Source: a virus (lineage: Duplodnaviria; Caudoviricetes). Taken from it: DNA of 64,000 bases. Below, one piece after another: positions 58,708-64,000 of the stretch. Positions within the stretch are counted from its first letter, which is position 1. Each line of letters opens with the position of its first letter. The position numbers were made by a program, and so were the translations under genes. Location of the stretch: the IMG/VR virus record IMGVR_UViG_3300020576_002947, positions 160,001-224,000 of that record. One strand, given 5' to 3'. The notes beneath the pieces were generated by a model, which worked only from the letters and a program-made list of their open reading frames with translations, ran no database searches and was not told where the DNA came from.

Positions 58708-59137
58708 AAGTGCAGAATCTTTTTTTAATTACTTTAATATAAATACTTCCATTTTGAAAAGAAAGGAGTCATTGATGCTACTTAACAATCAGATTGTGCA
58801 GCAAACTAATACTCCTGATGTTATTGTATCTGATATCATGGATTCAACTGAGTTCATAACTATTACTGATCTTAATGGAAACAAAGTTATTATTACACTA
58901 CCTATCAGTATTTATCAGTTAATCAATTCAATTAAAGCATTTAAGTCTAAGCCTATTCTTGAGGCTAATGAGTATTATCTTTGGCGACATTTTTCTGCTT
59001 ATGCACCACAAACACTTAAAAAATCTTTTAATGATACATCCTATAATGAAAAATCAAAATCTCCTTGTCCGTCAAGGGCTGATGAGCACTGTTATTTTGT
59101 AGGAGTTGGGATTGTCTTAGATGACAATGGTACCTAA
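58685..59137 (+). CDS. Hypothetical protein
   Basis: ORF track; start probably at AAGGAG-preceded MLLNN. Confidence 0.5.
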   Translation: MSHSTLIRSAESFFNYFNINTSILKRKESLMLLNNQIVQQTNTPDVIVSDIMDSTEFITITDLNGNKVIITLPISIYQLINSIKAFKSKPILEANEYYLWRHFSAYAPQTLKKSFNDTSYNEKSKSPCPSRADEHCYFVGVGIVLDDNGT

Positions 59138-59438
59138 GAGCCTTATTTTTTCAGAGCTTGAAGATACGTTTCCAGATAAGCTCGTTATTCTTCAAACTGG
59201 CAATAAACATGTGATTTACCATGCTAATCTTTCTGGTGAACAGATTGAAGGTCTTGCCTGTTTTAGTTCGGAAGCAAGGGCTAAATCCTTTGCAGATGGC
59301 TGGTGTACTGACTTAATTGCTACCTGTAAAGAAGTAACTAAAGACGAGGCAGTTGAGATAGCTTCTCAAAAGGCCAAGATTAATTGTTTACTTCTTTGTG
59401 ATAATCCTATTGATCCTAAGATGTATTTCTTTAGGTAA
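59121..59438 (+). CDS. Hypothetical protein (SseB/DUF3110-like pattern)
   Basis: GLACFSSEARAKSFA...EVT.DEA.EIA. Confidence 0.5.
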   Translation: MTMVPKSLIFSELEDTFPDKLVILQTGNKHVIYHANLSGEQIEGLACFSSEARAKSFADGWCTDLIATCKEVTKDEAVEIASQKAKINCLLLCDNPIDPKMYFFR

Positions 59439-59975
59439 TTGAAAATGGCACAACCACGATACACCTATCACAATTTTCTTAGTGACTTTATTGCTTACTG
59501 TAAAGTAAAAGGAACTGATTATATTCCTCAAGATTTTATAAATTTCTTTGCTGACAATTACAGTGATACATATTTCATAGCTCTTTCCAGATTTATGGCT
59601 GACAATGATGAATGTGGTCCTGAATTGTGCAGAATGCCAAGATATGGCTATGATGCTTTGTTCAACTGTAAACCAGAACACCAAGGAAGCTTTCTATTAA
59701 TGGTCCAAAGAAACTGGGAGTATCTTACAGGCCAAACTACTTCAATCTGTGCTCACTGCAAACAAGAGCTGGATGATGTATTGGTAGAGAGACAACCAAT
59801 TGTTGCTTACGAATTTGGACCTGTCATAAAGTTTTATGAGAACCTTTCTATGGATGGAGCAGATAGTATCGAACTTCCTTTGTGTCGAGAATGCTCTGTT
59901 AAGACTATGAAAAAGGTAATGGAAGTTGCCAGTATTAGTGAAGCAACCTGTCATGCATTACCCAGTTTTAACTAG
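59439..59975 (+). CDS. Hypothetical protein with C-terminal zinc ribbon
   Basis: CAHC...CREC. Confidence 0.55.
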   Translation: MKMAQPRYTYHNFLSDFIAYCKVKGTDYIPQDFINFFADNYSDTYFIALSRFMADNDECGPELCRMPRYGYDALFNCKPEHQGSFLLMVQRNWEYLTGQTTSICAHCKQELDDVLVERQPIVAYEFGPVIKFYENLSMDGADSIELPLCRECSVKTMKKVMEVASISEATCHALPSFN

Positions 59976-59985
59976 GACAAACTGA

Positions 59986-60216
59986 ATGAAAACCTTGTTG
60001 AATTTCATCAAAAACAACATTCAAGTAACTGTTTTTTATATCTATTTTCTTTTCATATTTACTACAGAGTTTGAAAAAGTAAGTAATACAAGTATATTTA
60101 TTTTGATATTCATTGGAATTAACGTCTTCCTTGAAACAACGCGTAATTTAGAATCATCTCTAAAAACTAAAGATATAAATAAAGACATAGATAAATTCTG
60201 TAAAGAAAAAGATTGA
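59986..60216 (+). CDS. Two-TM protein
   Basis: 76 aa. Confidence 0.5.
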   Translation: MKTLLNFIKNNIQVTVFYIYFLFIFTTEFEKVSNTSIFILIFIGINVFLETTRNLESSLKTKDINKDIDKFCKEKD

Positions 60217-60485
60217 AGAGGATGACCAAATTGTCACAATCAATTAAAAGTCTTTATAATTCTATTGTGGCAAAGATTATGTATAGATGGTTAAGGAAAC
60301 AGTTTTCTAAAAAGCTAGCTAGGTATCAAGTCCTTGCAAGTAACTATGATTGTGGCTCCTCTGTCATGCACTATATTTGTCCTGAAACTTCAATCCTATA
60401 TAATGACCTAACTGATATGCTACAAACAATCAAAGAGTTTGAAGCATACATTAATATTCCTATTGAACAAAGAATAAAACTGTAA
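60213..60485 (+). CDS. Hypothetical protein
   Basis: 90 aa. Confidence 0.5.
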   Translation: MKRMTKLSQSIKSLYNSIVAKIMYRWLRKQFSKKLARYQVLASNYDCGSSVMHYICPETSILYNDLTDMLQTIKEFEAYINIPIEQRIKL

Positions 60486-60492
60486 CGAACAT

Positions 60493-60567
60493 GGGAGGTT
60501 AGCTCAGTGGTAGAGCAACGCACTTTTAATGCGTGGGTCACGGGTTCGAGCCCCGTACCTCCTACCA
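60493..60567 (+). tRNA. tRNA-Lys(TTT)
   Basis: GGGAGGT/ACCTCCT-A-CCA; ACGCA-CTTTTAA-TGCGT; ACGGG-TTCGAGC-CCCGT. Confidence 0.95.
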
Positions 60568-60585
60568 AGTTTCAAGGAATCTAAT

Positions 60586-60816
60586 ATGGAAACACAAGAG
60601 CATACCCTTCTAACAGCTTTAAAATCTTGGATATCAGCTATAGCAACCCAGAAACATTGGATTATTGCTGATCTTCACATTCATTTTGCTGCTGCTGATT
60701 TCCTTGATGAGCATTTAGATGATCTTTACGATATTCCTATAAAACATTGGCCTAAAGTAGTTGGTATTGAATACGATGGAGACCAACTAATTATTACATG
60801 GCTTAAAACTAATTAA
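60586..60816 (+). CDS. Hypothetical protein
   Basis: AAGGA RBS before ATG 60586; the longer track ORF starts inside the tRNA. Confidence 0.55.
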   Translation: METQEHTLLTALKSWISAIATQKHWIIADLHIHFAAADFLDEHLDDLYDIPIKHWPKVVGIEYDGDQLIITWLKTN

Positions 60817-60837
60817 CATCTTAGGGGAAGCAGCATC

Positions 60838-61404
60838 ATGGTGGATGTAGAAAAAATTCTTATTGATAAAAAGCCAGATTTTTTAAAAATTGCTAGTAAT
60901 ATTGGAAGGTTCTATAGTCTGGACTCAGATGACATTCAAGATATTTATCAAGAAACTTGTATCAAGATATGGAATACAAGAGATCGTATCAACGAAGATA
61001 GTACTATTGAAAACTATTTCAGCCGTATCTGTGGTAGGGTAGCTCTTGATATTATTAGATATCGTAAGTATGTAAAAGAGAACAATCTAAGGCTAGTTAA
61101 CGACTTTAATCAAGGATCTTTTGAACTGGCTCGCTTTGTTGGTACAGATCATTGTCCATCAAACGGTTTTATATACTCAGGAGTTCGCTTTGTTCAAGAA
61201 AAAGAGCTTGATGCTATTTTCAGAGAACTAACCACGAAGGAAAGAATTGTTTTTACCCATCTGAAAGAAGAAAGAACTGCTGTAGAACTATCAAAAGTGT
61301 TAAAACTTACCACTAGTGGCACAAAAAACAGGATCTATGACCTTAGAGAATTCTTTAAAAGAAGACTAAGTTGTCCTGTTAATGAACTTATTTTCGAAAT
61401 ATGA
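60838..61404 (+). CDS. ECF-type RNA polymerase sigma factor
   Basis: Region 2 DIQDIYQETCIKIW...YFSRI....ALDIIR; region 4 LT.KER.VF...ELSKVL.LT.SG.KNRI. Confidence 0.8.
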   Translation: MVDVEKILIDKKPDFLKIASNIGRFYSLDSDDIQDIYQETCIKIWNTRDRINEDSTIENYFSRICGRVALDIIRYRKYVKENNLRLVNDFNQGSFELARFVGTDHCPSNGFIYSGVRFVQEKELDAIFRELTTKERIVFTHLKEERTAVELSKVLKLTTSGTKNRIYDLREFFKRRLSCPVNELIFEI

Positions 61405-61416
61405 AAGCGAAGGAAG

Positions 61417-61707
61417 ATGAGTACCATATCTCCAACCGAATATCATATTGTGGTAAAGAAGTTTGGTGATCTGTGTTATGCAGAAGCACCTCATCTAAAT
61501 AATAAGGATATTATAGGGGTTGGTGCAACAAAAGAGGAGGCAAAAGCTGACATATTGGCCCAAATACCTATCTATATTAGACTTTGTGAATCTAAAGGCA
61601 TCCAATATGGACTACCTTTACACCTAAGACCTGAAGAACAGATGAGTGCTGAAGACCTAGACTCAAATGCTGATGAGTTTTGGGGTGATCATTTCAACGA
61701 TGAGTAG
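61417..61707 (+). CDS. HicB-like antitoxin domain protein
   Basis: Y.I.V......YAEAP.L.....G.GATKEEA........I.......G...LP. Confidence 0.7.
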   Translation: MSTISPTEYHIVVKKFGDLCYAEAPHLNNKDIIGVGATKEEAKADILAQIPIYIRLCESKGIQYGLPLHLRPEEQMSAEDLDSNADEFWGDHFNDE

Positions 61708-61751
61708 GATAAACCAAAAATAGGTTTGACTGTCTCGTAGTCAGAAAGGTT

Positions 61752-62366
61752 ATGGAAAACTTTGATGATTTTTATTATTCAAATAAAAGTGTTTTAAGGA
61801 GCATTGCCCTTAAAGTATGGAATAAACTTCCTTCAACAGTACAGAACTTTGATAAAGCAGTCGATTTTGATGATTACTTTCAAAGATGTTTAATAAGTCT
61901 TAGTAAAGCAGATATCAAATCGGACTCTGAAACTAGTCTAGGCTATTGGAAGACTACTTGTATCACTAAGATTATCGATCTAGTTAGAAAGAACAAACGA
62001 CAGCACGAAAAAGATCTTGAATTATTCGATGCGGTTAAACTTAGTAATCCTGCTATTTACCCGATTGTGGATTTAGAGGATTCAAATGACAAGGATTTCA
62101 AGAACTTGCTAAAAGAGAACTACTTTACATTGTTAAGAAAGCAACCAGTAGATGACTCTCTTTCTTGTAAAATAGAAGAAGCGTTAAACTCTTTAAAAAG
62201 TCAGAACAAGACTCTATATGATACACTAATAAGTTATCTTGATAATGAGTTCTACTCTACACCATCAGACCTTAATCCAACAACAAAAAAGGTCAGAGTG
62301 TTTAGAGCTAAAAAACTTCTAAGAGATTGTTATGAAATGCAAGAGAAACTTGTATATTCTAAATAG
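61752..62366 (+). CDS. Second, divergent ECF-like sigma factor
   Basis: FDDFY...LR.IA...DDYFQ...I.....IIDLVRK; C-terminal T.KVRVFRAKKLLR. Confidence 0.65.
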   Translation: MENFDDFYYSNKSVLRSIALKVWNKLPSTVQNFDKAVDFDDYFQRCLISLSKADIKSDSETSLGYWKTTCITKIIDLVRKNKRQHEKDLELFDAVKLSNPAIYPIVDLEDSNDKDFKNLLKENYFTLLRKQPVDDSLSCKIEEALNSLKSQNKTLYDTLISYLDNEFYSTPSDLNPTTKKVRVFRAKKLLRDCYEMQEKLVYSK

Positions 62367-62375
62367 ATGGTACTT

Positions 62376-62424
62376 GGGCGGTTAGCTCAGTAAATAGCAA
62401 GTACAAATCCTCGGGTGGCGCCCA
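62376..62424 (+). pseudogene. tRNA remnant
   Basis: GGGCGGTTAGCTCAG tRNA 5' end with CGCCCA acceptor complement only ~45 nt later; no anticodon or T arm. Confidence 0.45.
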
Positions 62425-62455
62425 GTCCGGCCAAAGGTACCTTATAAAAAAATAT

Positions 62456-62532
62456 CCTCCCATAGCTCAACGGTAGAGCAGTGCTGTTACATAGCAAAGG
62501 TTAGTCGAGTTCAAATCTCCTTGGGAGGACCA
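62456..62532 (+). tRNA. Atypical tRNA-Val(TAC)
   Basis: CCTCCCA/TGGGAGG-A-CCA; TGCT-GTTACAT-AGCA; T arm AG(TC)GAG-TTCAAAT-CTCCT with a 2-nt bulge. Confidence 0.65.
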
Positions 62533-62535
62533 AAC

Positions 62536-62778
62536 TTATTCTTCGTATCCTTTAAAGGATCTAAGATATCTATTTCTCTTAGTATCTTTCTTCTGCTTTG
62601 ATGTAAAAGTATCAGTTTGTGTATGACAATTGGGGCATAATAGACGTAAGTTTTCTGGAAAGTTATTATCGGAATTACCGTCTATATGATCTAGTTGCAA
62701 GATTAAAGGCAACTCATTCCAAATAGTATTCTGACCACAGATTGAACAACATTCCTGATTATAATAGTTTTTAATTAT
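62536..62778 (-). pseudogene. 5'-truncated HNH endonuclease
   Basis: Not in the ORF track. CSICG...WNELPLILQLDHIDGNSDNNFPENLRLLCPNCHTQT; no ATG or GTG, and an in-frame TAA lies just upstream. Confidence 0.8.
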
Positions 62779-62880
62779 GGATTAGAATATAATGATGAAG
62801 GTACTTTAATTTATAGAGACCATGCATTTATTACTGAGCACAGTTCTTCTGGTAATGGTGGTGAGAAACTTGTTTGTGTA

Positions 62881-63123
62881 ATGCCTTTGAATAGTGATAA
62901 TCTTAACATAGATCCACCAGCTTATCTTGTTAAGCTTCACGAGCTTCTCCTACCCTTCATTTTGGAGTACATTGTTAGCTCTAAAAAGGAAATTGAAGAT
63001 TTCTCACAAAAAGTGGAGAAAGAAGAAAAGGAAGCACGTATTCATGACATTGATATTAAACTTAAAGAAGCTAAAGCAATAGTAAAAAGGCTTCAGAAAG
63101 AACTTAATCAAGCTCAGGCTTAG
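62881..63123 (+). CDS. Coiled-coil hypothetical protein, possibly 5'-truncated
   Basis: Frame stays open and protein-like upstream to ~62746 without an ATG. Confidence 0.5.
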   Translation: MPLNSDNLNIDPPAYLVKLHELLLPFILEYIVSSKKEIEDFSQKVEKEEKEARIHDIDIKLKEAKAIVKRLQKELNQAQA

Positions 63124-63174
63124 ACTATAACAAACAACGTGCCCGGATGGCGGAATGGCAGACGCAGCGGACTT

Positions 63175-63906
63175 TTAAAATTCTACACATTTTGCACTAA
63201 TTAACTGAGTCTACCTATTACATTATAGGTATGGAACAGTTGATATGCAAAGTATGTGGAAGCCCTAGAAAGAAAGGTAGGCGCTTATGCAGTAAATGCA
63301 ACAGCGATAGAATGGCTCAATATCCCAGATATACTTGGGAGAAAGAATGTGTGGCTTGTAAAGAGGTTTTCTCGGCTCTTAGAAAACGATCTATTCTATG
63401 TCCTGATTGTTATAAACAGTCTAGGAAAAAAGAGGACTTGTCCTCAAATAACTACGTACCAGGGAAACCTAATAAACGTGGTCATAGAATAATCGCAGAA
63501 AAGATCTTGGGAAGAATCTTAAGCTATAACGAAGTTGTTCACCACCTAAATGAAGATCCAAAAGATAACTCTGTAGACAACCTTTGGGTAATGTCAAGGA
63601 GAGATCATGCAAGACTTCATTCTTTTCTAGAGTTACAAAGAGTCATATGGGAGAAATCCTATACGGAGAAGAGTGTAAATTGCTGGAATATCGTTAGAGT
63701 CTTGCAAACTACAGCATGGTTGGAAACAACGGGTGCGAAAGTTCTAAAATTGCAAGAATTCGACAATCAGCAGCCAAGCCCCTAAGGAGAAATCTATGGG
63801 GAAGGTTCAGAGACTATACACACTCAACCCAAACGTGTAATGACGTGGGTTATGATATAGTCCAGCGCACAACTTGCAAGAGGATCGTGAAAGCGATAGT
63901 GTGATG
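63175..63906 (+). mobile_element. Group I intron, 732 nt, encoding an HNH endonuclease
   Basis: P1 GGACTT/GAGTCT with U.G; P3 GAGTGT/ACACTC; P AAATTGCTGGAA; Q AATCAGCAG; R TCAGAGACTA; S ATGATATAGTCC; terminal G. Confidence 0.92.
63231..63785 (+). CDS. Intron-encoded zinc-finger HNH homing endonuclease
   Basis: Four CxxC pairs, then HRIIAEKILGR.L...EVVHHLNEDPKDNSVDNL......DHARLH. Confidence 0.9.
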   Translation: MEQLICKVCGSPRKKGRRLCSKCNSDRMAQYPRYTWEKECVACKEVFSALRKRSILCPDCYKQSRKKEDLSSNNYVPGKPNKRGHRIIAEKILGRILSYNEVVHHLNEDPKDNSVDNLWVMSRRDHARLHSFLELQRVIWEKSYTEKSVNCWNIVRVLQTTAWLETTGAKVLKLQEFDNQQPSP

Positions 63907-64000
63907 AAACTCCGCAGCCACTTGTGGCATGGGGGTTCGAGTCCCCCTCTGGGCACCACAACTTTAAGGAGAAACAATGACTGATCCTCAATTTCAGGAA

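Larger units (their letters stand above)
63141..63958 (+). tRNA. tRNA-Leu(TAA) split by a group I intron (exons 63141-63174 and 63907-63958)
   Basis: GCCCGGA/TCTGGGC-A-CCA; TGGCGGAATGGCAGACGC D arm; spliced GCGGA-CTT^AAAC-TCCGC; long variable arm GCCAC/GTGGC. Confidence 0.93.

Noticed and set aside
62456-62532. Reading this tRNA as Asn(GTT)
   Set aside because: A CTGTTAC loop has no supporting stem, whereas TGCT/AGCA centres TAC

Overview
A 64-kb segment of a large tailed (Caudoviricetes) phage genome in two arms. Positions 1-36265 are almost all minus strand: an Ig-like protein, major capsid, head decoration, protease/scaffold, portal, intein-containing terminase large subunit, probable terminase small subunit, a 3499-aa tail fibre, vWA and AAA+ genes, and a GIY-YIG endonuclease. 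From about 36400 everything is plus strand: short early genes behind repeated hairpin elements, possible counter-defence genes (DUF4326-SLOG, macrodomain, polynucleotide kinase, HicB-like), a ~1-kb structured non-coding RNA region, two ECF-like sigma factors and a tRNA region. Two tRNAs carry group I introns, one encoding an HNH endonuclease. The main finding is two apparently homologous single-chain two-barrel RNA polymerases, 13004-17662 (1552 aa, in the virion module) and 51536-53938 (800 aa, plus-strand arm). They share six collinear motifs, and the beta'-like DxDGD half lies BEFORE the beta-like two-lysine half, the reverse of QDE-1, YonO and crAss gp66. A KxP motif also follows rather than precedes DxDGD. 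Together with candidate hairpin promoters and two sigma factors, this suggests a self-contained phage transcription system built on permuted polymerases. All functional calls come from reading motifs by eye; no searches were run.
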